In this document: piece by piece, positions 10,613 to 20,459 of the stretch | Layout: every line of letters starts with the position of its first letter | How positions within the stretch are numbered: position 1 is the first letter of the stretch | Source of the DNA: Bacteroidota bacterium | GTDB taxonomy: Bacteria > Bacteroidota > Bacteroidia > Bacteroidales > Rikenellaceae | Direction: 5' to 3' | Length of the DNA stretch: 64,000 nt | Assembly: GCA_023443765.1 (NCBI GenBank) | Contig: JAEZTA010000002.1 | Coordinates: forward strand, 2,056-66,055 | The notes under the pieces: model-generated | Told to the model about the DNA's origin: nothing | What the model saw: the letters and a program-made list of their open reading frames with translations, nothing else | Database searches by the model: none | Translations under genes and position numbers: made by a program

Positions 10613-11788
10613 TTACCGGGTCGGGGACATGGCTTGCCGGTATTCGGAAGGGGTGTAGCCTTTGAGTTGCTTGAACGTGCGCGAAACGTTCTTGATGTCG
10701 GAGAATCCCAGTTCCGCGGCGGCGTCCGAGACGCTCAGCCCTTCGCACAGCAGCTGCGCCATCTTTTCGATGCGGATCTGGATGACGTAATCGTAAATCG
10801 ACGTGCCCATCTCCTTCTTGAAGCGGGTTTCGAGCAGGCGCCTCGACAGCGGGACGAGCGTCACCAGGTTGTCAACCGTGAGTTTCTGGCTGATGTTCTC
10901 GTGGATGTGTTTCAGGACCTTGGCGATGTAGGGGTCGTTGTTGGCGTAAATGTCGGTCGACTGGCGCGTGATGATGTGGGTGGGTTTGACGACCACGTCT
11001 TCCCAGCCCAGCTCCGGGGTGCGGATTTGCCGGTCGATGAGTTTGGCTACATCATAGCCGCCCTGTTCGATGGCCTGATTGAGCGACGAGAGATTCGGCG
11101 ATGAAAGCTGGCAGATGGTTTCGTCGTTGTCGACGCCTAAGATGGCAATGTCGTCCGGGATGCGAAAATTCCCCCCCCCGTCGATTTGCGTGCACGCTTC
11201 GGTGATGTGGTAGGCCTGGTTGTCGTCGCAGGCCATGATTGCGACGGGTTTAGGCAGCGACTGGAGCCAGATAATAAGCTGCGTGGAGTCGTAATACCAC
11301 AGGTCGTTCTGCGAGTTGTTGTGCAGGGCTGAAAACGTGAAGGCCGGATTCGCGCGGGCGACGGCTTCGCGGAATCCCTGGCAGCGCTCGTCCGACCAGA
11401 CGATGCCGCGCACGCCGTAAAAAGCGAAATGGCGGAATCCTTTCTTAATGAAATACTCGGCGCCCATCTCCCCGGCCAGACGGTGAGGAGCGGTGATGTT
11501 GGGGATGGTCGTGAAGCGTTTCTTGAAATCCTGCGCCACGGCGATGATCCCGTTCTGGAGGAACAGTTCCACGTTGTCCGTGTTGTAGAACTGCCCGATC
11601 ACGGCGTCGGCTTTCATGCGTTTGGCCCATTCGACGACCGCTTCGATGCCGAATTTGTCGCGGATCGAGAGCGGCAGTTTGCACAGGGTCCAGGCCTGCC
11701 CGGTCTCTTTGGCGTAGCGGGCTATTCCCAGCAGGATGCTGCGGGCGTATTCTTCGGAGAAGTCCGTCAGGAAAATTACGCGTGCCAT
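10613..11788 (-). CDS. XylR-type transcriptional regulator (periplasmic-binding-protein-like sensor + AraC HTH)
   Basis: LPKPVAIMACDD, IPDDIAILGVDND, LSSL sensor motifs; C-terminal SRRLLETRFKKEMG and FKQLKGYTPSEYR AraC domain. Confidence 0.92.
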   Translation of the reverse strand: MARVIFLTDFSEEYARSILLGIARYAKETGQAWTLCKLPLSIRDKFGIEAVVEWAKRMKADAVIGQFYNTDNVELFLQNGIIAVAQDFKKRFTTIPNITAPHRLAGEMGAEYFIKKGFRHFAFYGVRGIVWSDERCQGFREAVARANPAFTFSALHNNSQNDLWYYDSTQLIIWLQSLPKPVAIMACDDNQAYHITEACTQIDGGGNFRIPDDIAILGVDNDETICQLSSPNLSSLNQAIEQGGYDVAKLIDRQIRTPELGWEDVVVKPTHIITRQSTDIYANNDPYIAKVLKHIHENISQKLTVDNLVTLVPLSRRLLETRFKKEMGTSIYDYVIQIRIEKMAQLLCEGLSVSDAAAELGFSDIKNVSRTFKQLKGYTPSEYRQAMSPTR

Positions 11789-11810
11789 TTTTCGAGTGGG
11801 TTTTCGTAGT

Positions 11811-11818
11811 CAAAGATA
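11811..11818 (-). promoter_or_regulatory. Bacteroidetes -7 promoter element for the regulator
   Basis: TATCTTTG on the minus strand about 23 bp upstream of the ATG. Confidence 0.7.
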
Positions 11819-11899
11819 GGCTTTTTTTGCAGATTCCTTTCCTGCGGGTGTGATTTTTCTGATTTTCCGGCCGGCCCGCCGTCGTGTCGGGCGGGAATT

Positions 11900-11968
11900 T
11901 TATGCGTGATTTGAGGATGTAAAAGCGCAAATGACCACGGTCCGGCCCGAGGGGATACACTACATTTG
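11900..11968 (+). promoter_or_regulatory. Putative activator operator (copy 1) plus -7 element of the GH92 operon
   Basis: 36-bp motif 11900-11935 is 30/36 identical to 23060-23095; TACATTTG at 11961-11968. Confidence 0.8.
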
Positions 11969-12091
11969 TATAACCTAAAATTTCACGACCCGCCATCGGA
12001 TGCGCCGGCGAACCGCCGCAGGCCCGACCGCTGCACCTGCAGCGCGTTTCCCTCTTTCGCTTCCGGTGTGGTCGGACAAAAGCTACTGACC

Positions 12092-14989
12092 ATGATGCGA
12101 ACCCCTCTGTTTGCTCTGCTGACCCTTGCGGTCGCTTCCTGTGCACCCCGTTCGGCCAATCCGGTCGACTGTGTCGATCCGTTTGTGGGAACCGGTTTCC
12201 ACGGCCACACCTATCCCGGCGCCACGACGCCGTTCGGGATGGTGCAGCTCAGCCCCGATACGCGGGCCAACAACTGGGACGCCTGTGCCGGTTATCACTA
12301 TGACGATACGACCATCGACGGTTTTTCGCACACTCACCTGAGCGGTACGGGGTGTGCCGACCTGGCCGACGTGCTGTTTTATCCCACGCTGCGCGGGGAT
12401 GTCGTGGCCGAAGGCGCGGCAGGTCCCGTGTTCAACCACAAACCCTATGTTTTCTCACACCGGGACGAAAAAGCCTCGTGCGGTTATTATGCCGTGGCGC
12501 TTCCGGCCGAGGGCATCGACGTGGAGCTGACCGCCGCGCCCCGTACGGGCGTACACCGCTACACGTTCCGCGGCACGGGCGAACGCCGGGTGGTCGTCGA
12601 TCTGGGACATACGATCACCGACGAGAAGGTCGACCTGCACGACCTGCAATGGGAGCCGGGTGAACTGACCGGCATGCGCAGGACGCAGGGCTGGGTCAAC
12701 GACCATTCTGTTTATTTCGCGGCCCGTTTCTCTGAACCGGTCCTGAAGGCGGAGGTGTTCGGCGATTTCGCCGTGCTGACCTTCGCGCCCGAAGTCGGAT
12801 CGCTGACCGTAGCCGTCGGCCTGTCGTCGGTGAGCGCCGCCAATGCGCGGGAGAACAGCCTCGCCGAGGTCCCGGAACTGGATTTCGACGCGGTCCGTTC
12901 CCGGGCCGTCGAAAGTTGGCGCGAGGCGTTGGACGACATCACGGTCGAGGGAGGTGCGCACGACCAGCGGGTGAATTTCTATACGGCGCAGTACCATACC
13001 AAGCTGACACCCAATCTGATGAGCGATGTCAACGGGCAGTATCGCCGCCACGACCAGACCATCGGGCAACTGCCCGCCGGGGAATCCTACTACTCCACCT
13101 TTTCGCTGTGGGACACGTTCCGGGCGTGGAATCCGCTCCAGACGCTCGTCAACGAACAGTTGGTCAACGACATGATCCGCAGCATGCTCGACATGTACGA
13201 CGCGACGGGCGAATTGCCGATCTGGCCGCTGGCCTCGGGCGAGACGCGCACGATGATCGGTTACCACGCCGTGTCGGTCATTGCCGATGCCTACCTGAAA
13301 GGGATTCGCGGCTACGACGTTGAGAAGGCTTTCGAGGCGATGAAACATTCGTCGAACATCAATAAAAAGGGCTCGGATTACTACGTTTCGCAGGGTTTCA
13401 TCCCCTCGAACATCAAGCGCGAGTCGGTGTCGTGCCTGCTCGAATATGCCTACGACGACTGGGCGATCGCCCGCATGGCGCAGGCGCTGGGCCGCGAGGC
13501 CGATTTTGCGGAGTATTCGGCCCGGGCGCTCAACTACATCAACGTTTTCGACGGCTCGACCGGGTTTTTCCGGGGCCGGCAGTCCGACGGCAACTGGGCG
13601 ACGCCCTTTGAGGAGTTCGTTTCGGGACGCGACTATACCGAGGCCACGCCGTGGCAGTACCGTTTCTTCGTGCCGCACGACGTGAACGGCCTCGTTCAGC
13701 TTTTCGGCAGCCGTGAGGAGTTTATCCGCCAGCTCGACCGCCTCTTTACACTCGAAACACCCGCGGGGCTGGACATCGACATGGTCGACATCACCGGGCT
13801 GATGGGGCAGTATGCCCACGGCAACGAGCCGAGCCACCACATGGCCTATTTATACAATTATGTCGGCCAGCCGTGGCGCACCCAGGAGTTGACGCGCGCG
13901 CTGCTCGACGAGATGTATGCCCCGACGCCTGCGGGTATCATCGGCAACGAGGACTGCGGGCAGATGTCGGCGTGGTATATCTTCTCGTCGCTGGGCTTCT
14001 ACCCCGTGTGCCCCGGTTCGAACGAGTTCGTCCTCACGACGCCGCTGTTCGAAAAGGCGGTTGTGCGGCTCTCCGGCGGGCGGACGCTGACGATTACGGC
14101 CAACGACCCTTCGCGTAACCGTTACATCGCCTCGGTGACCTTCGACGGCCAGCCCGTCGATACGAACTACATCCCGGCCGAAAGGCTGATGCAGGGCGGC
14201 GAGTTGCATTTCGATCTCCAGCCGAAACCGAATCGGGAACGCGGCACGGACCCCGCCGCATGGCCCCATTCGATGACCGTCGGGGAGGTGGTTTCGATCC
14301 CCTATACGACCTGCAACGTGAGCCTCTTCAGCGAACCGCTGTCGGTCGACCTGGCGACGACGACCGCCGGGGCTGAAATCCGCTACACGCTCGACGGCTC
14401 CGAACCCACGGAAACCTCGGCGCTCTATACCTCGCCGGTTCCGGTCGACCGCTCCCTGACGCTCCGGGCAAAGGGTTTCAAAGCGGGCGCCGCCCCGAGC
14501 CGCACGCTGACGCTTCGTGCCGAAAAGGCGGTCTTCATGTCGTCCGTAGCGGTGCAGGCGGAGCAGCAGGGGGTGCATTACCGCTATTACGAGGGTACGT
14601 TCTCGCAGGTCGCCGACATTGCCAAAGGGCGGTTCGTGTCGCAGGGCACGATGCCCGAACCGTCGATTGCCGATGCCCCCGAGGAGGACCATTTCGGCTA
14701 TGTTTTCGAAGGACTGATCCGCATTCCCGAGCGCGGCGTGTGGGAGTTCATGACCAAAAGCGACGACGGCAGCGTACTGCTGATCGGAGGCCGCAGGGTC
14801 GTCGACAACGACTATTCGCACGCCTCGGTGGCCGCTTCGGGCCGCGTGGCGCTCGAAGCCGGGCTGCATCCCTACACGCTGCTCTATTTCGAGGACTACG
14901 AGGGGCAGGACCTTTCGTGGGGCTGGAAAGCGCCCGGAGCGGCGGATTTCGAACCGATCCCCGCTGAAAATCTGTTGCTCGGAAAATAA
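12092..14989 (+). CDS. GH92 alpha-mannosidase with C-terminal FN3-associated and PA14 domains
   Basis: TYPGATTPFGMVQLSPD, GFSHTHLSGTG, FSLWDTFRA, HGNEPSHH, GNEDCGQMSAWY; IRYTLDGSEPT and SDDGS (PA14); start reset to the ATG before lipobox VASC. Confidence 0.95.
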   Translation: MMRTPLFALLTLAVASCAPRSANPVDCVDPFVGTGFHGHTYPGATTPFGMVQLSPDTRANNWDACAGYHYDDTTIDGFSHTHLSGTGCADLADVLFYPTLRGDVVAEGAAGPVFNHKPYVFSHRDEKASCGYYAVALPAEGIDVELTAAPRTGVHRYTFRGTGERRVVVDLGHTITDEKVDLHDLQWEPGELTGMRRTQGWVNDHSVYFAARFSEPVLKAEVFGDFAVLTFAPEVGSLTVAVGLSSVSAANARENSLAEVPELDFDAVRSRAVESWREALDDITVEGGAHDQRVNFYTAQYHTKLTPNLMSDVNGQYRRHDQTIGQLPAGESYYSTFSLWDTFRAWNPLQTLVNEQLVNDMIRSMLDMYDATGELPIWPLASGETRTMIGYHAVSVIADAYLKGIRGYDVEKAFEAMKHSSNINKKGSDYYVSQGFIPSNIKRESVSCLLEYAYDDWAIARMAQALGREADFAEYSARALNYINVFDGSTGFFRGRQSDGNWATPFEEFVSGRDYTEATPWQYRFFVPHDVNGLVQLFGSREEFIRQLDRLFTLETPAGLDIDMVDITGLMGQYAHGNEPSHHMAYLYNYVGQPWRTQELTRALLDEMYAPTPAGIIGNEDCGQMSAWYIFSSLGFYPVCPGSNEFVLTTPLFEKAVVRLSGGRTLTITANDPSRNRYIASVTFDGQPVDTNYIPAERLMQGGELHFDLQPKPNRERGTDPAAWPHSMTVGEVVSIPYTTCNVSLFSEPLSVDLATTTAGAEIRYTLDGSEPTETSALYTSPVPVDRSLTLRAKGFKAGAAPSRTLTLRAEKAVFMSSVAVQAEQQGVHYRYYEGTFSQVADIAKGRFVSQGTMPEPSIADAPEEDHFGYVFEGLIRIPERGVWEFMTKSDDGSVLLIGGRRVVDNDYSHASVAASGRVALEAGLHPYTLLYFEDYEGQDLSWGWKAPGAADFEPIPAENLLLGK

Positions 14990-15001
14990 ACCGCATAAAC
15001 G

Positions 15002-15850
15002 ATGAAACGACTGATCTACCTTCTGGCGGCGGTGATGACCGCCTGCGCAACGGCCCCTCAGACCGGGCTGAACGTCATGACGTTCAACATGCGTTACAAC
15101 AACCCCGAGGACGGGGAGAACAACTGGGTGTACCGCCGCGACCGTGCGGCGGAGGTGGTCACGTCGCACCACATCGACGTTTTCGGAACCCAGGAGGTGC
15201 TTTCCGACCAACTGCACGACCTGCTCGACCGCCTGCCCGGTTTCGAGGCGGTAGGCGTGGGCCGTGAGGACGGACGCGAGCAGGGCGAATACTGCGCCCT
15301 GTTCTACCGCACGGACCGTTTCACGCGGAAAATGTCGGGGACCTTCTGGTTGAGCGAGACCCCTGAGGTCGCCGGGTCGCTGGGCTGGGACGGGGCCTGC
15401 GAACGCACCGCCACGTGGGCCGTGCTGCGCGACCGGGAGAGCGGCGGGGAGTTTTTCTTCATCGACACCCACCTCGACCACATGGGCGAACAGGCCCGCC
15501 GCGAAGGCGTGTCGCTGCTGCTGGAACGGATCGCTTCGATGTCCGGCGGGCGTCCGGTGATTCTTACGGGCGATTTCAACGCCGAACCGTCGTCGGAGGT
15601 CATCGCGCATGTGACCCGCAGCGGCCTGCTGCACGATGCCCGGGCTGTTGCCGCGCAGGTGGCCGGGACGCCGTGGAGCTTCTCCGACTTCGGGGCGATT
15701 CCCGAGGCGGAGCGTCCGCTGATAGACTATATATTCACCGGGGACGGGGTTGTGGTCGACCGCTACGAGGTCCTGCCCGATACGCTCGACGGCGGCTATG
15801 TTTCCGACCATGCCCCCGTGATGGCTGCCATTCGTTTTGTAAAACCATAA
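15002..15850 (+). CDS. Endonuclease/exonuclease/phosphatase (EEP) family lipoprotein
   Basis: VMTFNMR, GTQE, THLDH, TGDFN, IDYIF, SDHAPV motifs; lipobox MTAC. Confidence 0.92.
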   Translation: MKRLIYLLAAVMTACATAPQTGLNVMTFNMRYNNPEDGENNWVYRRDRAAEVVTSHHIDVFGTQEVLSDQLHDLLDRLPGFEAVGVGREDGREQGEYCALFYRTDRFTRKMSGTFWLSETPEVAGSLGWDGACERTATWAVLRDRESGGEFFFIDTHLDHMGEQARREGVSLLLERIASMSGGRPVILTGDFNAEPSSEVIAHVTRSGLLHDARAVAAQVAGTPWSFSDFGAIPEAERPLIDYIFTGDGVVVDRYEVLPDTLDGGYVSDHAPVMAAIRFVKP

Positions 15851-15866
15851 AATACGACTGCCGACT

Positions 15867-17840
15867 ATGAAAAAACTCTTCAGACTTCCTCTGTTGGTCC
15901 TGCTGCTCTGTCTCTGTGCGACGGCTGCGGCCAAACGACCCATACTGATCCACTCGCACAACGACTATGCGCGTACCATGCCCTTCTATCAGGCCTATGC
16001 GCAGCAGGTCTATTCGATCGAGGCCGACGTGTTCCTGGTCGACGGCAAACTGCTCGTGGGGCACGACCTGCCCGACCTGAATCCGTCGCTGACGTTCGAG
16101 GCGCTCTATGTCGAGCCGCTCGTGACGCTGTTCGCCCGCAACGGCAACCGCGCCTGGGCCGGGTCGGACGAGCACCTGCAACTGATGATCGAACTCAAAT
16201 CCGAGACTGCGCCTACGCTGGACGCCGTCGTGAAACTGCTGGACAAGTACCCCGCGGTGTTCGACACGCGGGTCAATCCCGAGGCCGTGCGCATCGCCGT
16301 TACGGGGCGGGTTCCGGCGCCTGCGGATTTCGGGAAATACCCGGCCTACGTGCTATTCGACGGGGCGTGGGATGCCGACTATACGCCCGAGCAACTGGAA
16401 CGTATTGCGCTTATCAGCACAAACTTCGGCGATTTTTCGGTCTGGAACGGCAAAGGCTCGATCATCGCCGCCGAACTGAAGAATGTCGAAAAGGTGATCG
16501 ACCGGGCGCATGCCATGGGCAAGCCCATCCGTTTCTGGGGAGCGCCCGAGGGGGTGACGGTCTACTACACGTTCTACGACATGGGGGTCGACTATATCAA
16601 TACCGACCGCGTGGAAGCCTGCGCCGATTTCTTCAACGACTTCGGCAACAAGAATTTCCGGATCGGCGAGCGCCGCACAGCTTCCGAAGGCGTGACCGGA
16701 ACCAAGCGGCTGGATAAGGCGACGCGCGATTTCGCCGGGTTCCAGAACGAGAAACTCCAGCTCTCGAAGGGCATCGACATCTATACCCCGACCTACCTGA
16801 ACGACGGCGGCACGGGGAAAATCAAAAATGTCATCTTCCTGATCGGCGACGGCATGGGGTTGGCGCAGATCGCCGCGGGAGCCTATGCCAACAAGGGCCT
16901 TTCGCTGTTCGCCATGAAATACATCGGTTTGCAGCAGAACAACGCCGCGGATGTCTTTACGACCGACTCGGCGGCGGGCGGCAGCGCCCTGGCCACGGGC
17001 GAGGCTCACGATAACCGCCACATCTCGATAAGCCCCGACAGCGTGGTTTATCCGTCGCTGACGGATTACTTCCACGGCAAGGGCCTCCGGACGGGCGTGC
17101 TGACGCTGGGCGACATCGCCGATGCCACTCCGACGGCGTTCTACGGCCACAATACCGAGCGCGACAACTCCGACGAACTGACCGCCGACCTGCTCGACGG
17201 ACATGTCGATCTGGTGTGCGGCAGCGGCATCCGCAAATTCACCCACCGCGACGACGGCCGCAACCTCGAAGAGGAGCTTTCGAAACAGTATAACTTCGTG
17301 CATGCCGTCGACCGGATCAATGCCGCCAAAGGCAGGACGATCTGCATCGACGAGCGCATGGACGATGCCGCCGAGGAGGCGAACCTCCCGCTGCTGGCCG
17401 ACGCCACGAAGGCTTCGATCGCCAAATTGCAGGAGCTGGGCGGTGAGGGCTTCTTCCTGATGGTCGAGGGGGCGAAGATCGACTACGCCGGTCACTCGAA
17501 ATGCCTGCCCGGTTCGATCATCGAGATGCTGAGCTTCGATATGGCCATCGCCGAGGCGTTGAAATTTGCCGATTCCAACGGCGAGACCCTCGTGATCGTC
17601 ACGGCGGACCACGAGACGGGCGGCCTGACGCTCGTCGACGGCGACGAGGAGACGGGCCGTGTGATGGGCGTTTACGTCTCCGACGACCACACGCCGATCC
17701 CGCTTCCCGTATTTGCCTACGGTCCCGGAGCCGACCGTTTCTGCGGCGTATACCGCAATACGGAGATTGCCCGGCGTATCAAGGAACTGACTGCCACCCC
17801 AAATAATGTGAAAAAAGATGCGAAAAAACCGAAGAAATAG
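15867..17840 (+). CDS. Fusion of a PLC-like/GDPD-type phosphodiesterase domain and alkaline phosphatase
   Basis: N-terminal HSHNDY...SIEADV...VGHD and VDYINTD; C-terminal NVIFLIGDGMG, TDSAA (catalytic Ser), MVEGAKIDYAGH, TADHETGG. Confidence 0.9.
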   Translation: MKKLFRLPLLVLLLCLCATAAAKRPILIHSHNDYARTMPFYQAYAQQVYSIEADVFLVDGKLLVGHDLPDLNPSLTFEALYVEPLVTLFARNGNRAWAGSDEHLQLMIELKSETAPTLDAVVKLLDKYPAVFDTRVNPEAVRIAVTGRVPAPADFGKYPAYVLFDGAWDADYTPEQLERIALISTNFGDFSVWNGKGSIIAAELKNVEKVIDRAHAMGKPIRFWGAPEGVTVYYTFYDMGVDYINTDRVEACADFFNDFGNKNFRIGERRTASEGVTGTKRLDKATRDFAGFQNEKLQLSKGIDIYTPTYLNDGGTGKIKNVIFLIGDGMGLAQIAAGAYANKGLSLFAMKYIGLQQNNAADVFTTDSAAGGSALATGEAHDNRHISISPDSVVYPSLTDYFHGKGLRTGVLTLGDIADATPTAFYGHNTERDNSDELTADLLDGHVDLVCGSGIRKFTHRDDGRNLEEELSKQYNFVHAVDRINAAKGRTICIDERMDDAAEEANLPLLADATKASIAKLQELGGEGFFLMVEGAKIDYAGHSKCLPGSIIEMLSFDMAIAEALKFADSNGETLVIVTADHETGGLTLVDGDEETGRVMGVYVSDDHTPIPLPVFAYGPGADRFCGVYRNTEIARRIKELTATPNNVKKDAKKPKK

Positions 17841-19434
17841 CCTGCTGGCCTGCCTCGCAGTCGCCCTCTGCGGCGTATGCACGGCACAGGACCTCACGTC
17901 GGGGCCCTACAAGTTGCCCTACAAGAACACCTACGTCAAGGAGGTGTTCGTGGCCGAAAACGATTTCCGGACGGCGAAGCCCCGGCTGACCCAGCCGCGC
18001 CCGTTCGCCGAAGCCCGGAAGATACTCCCCGCACCCATTTGGGAGGGACACGAGAAGGAGATCGAGATGTACTGGCACGCGTGGAAGATCGCCGTGGGCA
18101 ACATCCGCCAGCCGCAGGAGGGTTCGGGATTCGTCGCGTCGTACCTCGACGTAGCCTATAACGGCAATATCTTCATGTGGGATGCGTCGTTCATGATGAT
18201 GTTCGCCCGCTACGGTTACCGTTATTTCCCGTTCCAGCGTTCGCTCGACAACTTCTACGCCAAGCAGCATCCCGACGGCTTTATCTGCCGCGAAATCCGG
18301 GCCGACGGTTCGGACTGCTTCGAGCGTTACGACCCCACCTCCACGGGCCCCAACCTGCTGCCGTGGGTCGAGCTGATGTACTTTCGCCAGTTCGGCGACG
18401 TGGACCGCCTGCACAAGATCTTTCCGGCCCTGTGCGCCTATGCCAAATGGTGGCGGCTCAACCGCACGTGGCCCGACGGGACCTACTGGTCGAGCGGCTG
18501 GGGGACGGGCATGGACAACATGCCGCGCGTGAAACCCGAGTACAACCAGATTTTCTCGCACGGCCACATGGTGTGGCTGGACACCAACCTCCAGCAGATG
18601 CTGGTCGACGACGCCCTGCTGAACATCGGTTTCCACATCGAGCGGTGGCAGGAGATCGAGTATATGGAGGACGAAATGAAACAACTGCGCAGCTATGTCA
18701 ACGAGCACCTGTGGGACGATAAAACGGGTTTCCTCTACGACCGTTACGGTGACGGGACGCTTTGTACGACGAAGGGCATCGGCGCTTTCTGGGCCTTGCA
18801 GACCGACGCTTTGGGCAAAGACCGCCTCGACAGGATGGTAGCCCACCTGTCGGATACGACCGAGTTTGCGCGCACGCACCGCGTGCCGTCGCTGTCGGCG
18901 GACCATCCGAAATACAATCCGGCGGGCCGTTACTGGCAGGGCGGCGTCTGGCCCGGCACGAACTACATGGTCATCGACGGACTCTACCGCAAGGGTTACC
19001 GCGACCTGGCCCGCGAGATCGCCACGAACCATTTCAACGCCGTTTTTCAGGTTTGGAAAAACACCGGAACCTTCTGGGAGTACTATGCCCCTGAAAAGGT
19101 CGAACCGGGATTCATGGCCCGCAAGGACTTCGTCGGCTGGACCGGCCTGCTGCCCATTGCCGTGTTCATCGAGTACGTTCTGGGCGTGAAATCCGACTTC
19201 TCGGAAGGGCGCATCGTGTGGGATGTCACGCAGACCGAAGCCCACGGCATCGAGCGTTATCCCTATGGTCCGGAAGGCGTCGTCGACCTGAAGGTCAGGA
19301 CCCGCAGTTCGGCGGCCGAGACTCCGTCGGTGACGGTCGCCACCAATGTGCCGTTCGACCTGGTCGTCAACTGGGGCGACGGCGAGAGCCGCACGGTGCG
19401 TGTCGAAAAGAGCGGCCCCGTCAGCCTGAAATAG
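17818..19434 (+). CDS. GH63/MGH1-like (alpha/alpha)6 glycoside hydrolase
   Basis: FMWDASF, QHPDGFICR, TGMDNMPR, LWD...GFLYD, YWQGGVW, WEYY motifs; signal peptide. Confidence 0.8.
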   Translation: MRKNRRNSLLACLAVALCGVCTAQDLTSGPYKLPYKNTYVKEVFVAENDFRTAKPRLTQPRPFAEARKILPAPIWEGHEKEIEMYWHAWKIAVGNIRQPQEGSGFVASYLDVAYNGNIFMWDASFMMMFARYGYRYFPFQRSLDNFYAKQHPDGFICREIRADGSDCFERYDPTSTGPNLLPWVELMYFRQFGDVDRLHKIFPALCAYAKWWRLNRTWPDGTYWSSGWGTGMDNMPRVKPEYNQIFSHGHMVWLDTNLQQMLVDDALLNIGFHIERWQEIEYMEDEMKQLRSYVNEHLWDDKTGFLYDRYGDGTLCTTKGIGAFWALQTDALGKDRLDRMVAHLSDTTEFARTHRVPSLSADHPKYNPAGRYWQGGVWPGTNYMVIDGLYRKGYRDLAREIATNHFNAVFQVWKNTGTFWEYYAPEKVEPGFMARKDFVGWTGLLPIAVFIEYVLGVKSDFSEGRIVWDVTQTEAHGIERYPYGPEGVVDLKVRTRSSAAETPSVTVATNVPFDLVVNWGDGESRTVRVEKSGPVSLK

Positions 19435-19453
19435 ACGAAAGAATTTACGACTT

Positions 19454-20452
19454 ATGAAAAAGATACTGACTTTGCTCTGCGCCGTCGCCCTGTGGGGAGT
19501 GCCGCAGGCTCAAACCCCCGTCCTGAAGTTCAACCGGGAGGGGAAACTTAAAATCGCGCAGTTCACCGACGTGCACCTCGACCTGGGGACCGACGCGCGG
19601 CGCGCCGAGGCGGAGAAAACCCTCGCCCAGATGCGCTATATCCTCGATGCGGAGCGCCCCGACGTGGTGATTTTTACGGGCGACGTGGTGACCGGGCGCC
19701 CGGCTGCCGAGGCGTGGAAACGCGTGCTCGCACCTGTGGCGGAGCGCAAATTGCCCTTCTGTGTCGTACTCGGCAACCACGATGCGGAGCAGGACCTGAC
19801 GCGCGAACAGATCGCCGCCATCGTGACTTCCTATCCGCAGTCGCTCAATACGCTCGGTGCAAACCGCGAACTGGCCGATGTGGCGCTTGAGGTGACCGGC
19901 GCAAACGGAACGGCCGCACTGCTTTACTGCATGGATTCGCACGACTATTCCCCCATAAAGGAGCTGGACGGCTATGCATGGTTCACCCACGAACAGGTCG
20001 ACTGGTTCCGGACGCGGAGTGCGGCTTATACGGCGGCCAACGGGGGTAAACCGTTGCCTGCGCTGGCTTTCTTCCACATCGCGCTGCCCGAATACGTGGC
20101 TGCGTGGCGCAACCCTTCCAATACGCATATCGGCCGGGCCGCCGAGGACGAATGTCCCGGGGAGTTGAATACGGGCATGTTCGCGGCGATGCGGGAATCG
20201 GGCGACGTGATGGGTATGTTTGTGGGACACGACCACGACATCGACTACATCGTGGCCGAGAAGGGTATTGCGCTGGGTTACGGCCGGTTCTCGGGCGACA
20301 ATACGACCTACAACAACCTGCGGCCCGGGGTGCGTCTGCTGGTGCTTCCGGAAGGGGAGCGGAGTTTCGAGAGCTGGATTCACGAGCGCGACGGGCGTAT
20401 CGTGGACCACGTGGAGTTCCGGAACGGGGAGATACGGAAAATCGAAAAATAA
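19454..20452 (+). CDS. Calcineurin-like metallophosphoesterase (Dcr2/PAP-like)
   Basis: QFTDVH, FTGD, GNHD, FFHI, VGHDH metal-binding motifs; signal peptide. Confidence 0.9.
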   Translation: MKKILTLLCAVALWGVPQAQTPVLKFNREGKLKIAQFTDVHLDLGTDARRAEAEKTLAQMRYILDAERPDVVIFTGDVVTGRPAAEAWKRVLAPVAERKLPFCVVLGNHDAEQDLTREQIAAIVTSYPQSLNTLGANRELADVALEVTGANGTAALLYCMDSHDYSPIKELDGYAWFTHEQVDWFRTRSAAYTAANGGKPLPALAFFHIALPEYVAAWRNPSNTHIGRAAEDECPGELNTGMFAAMRESGDVMGMFVGHDHDIDYIVAEKGIALGYGRFSGDNTTYNNLRPGVRLLVLPEGERSFESWIHERDGRIVDHVEFRNGEIRKIEK

Positions 20453-20459
20453 TAATGCA

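Noticed and set aside
11966..12091. N-terminal extension of GH92 in the ORF track
   Set aside because: The TTG start lies within the -7 box; the signal peptide and lipobox begin at ATG 12092/12095
15002..15850. EEP proteins as defence or retroelement nucleases
   Set aside because: Both EEP genes carry export signals and sit inside a PUL; phosphoesterase roles fit better
20220..20459. N-terminal extension of the ROK kinase
   Set aside because: Overlaps the metallophosphoesterase gene; the ROK motif starts at ATG 20460
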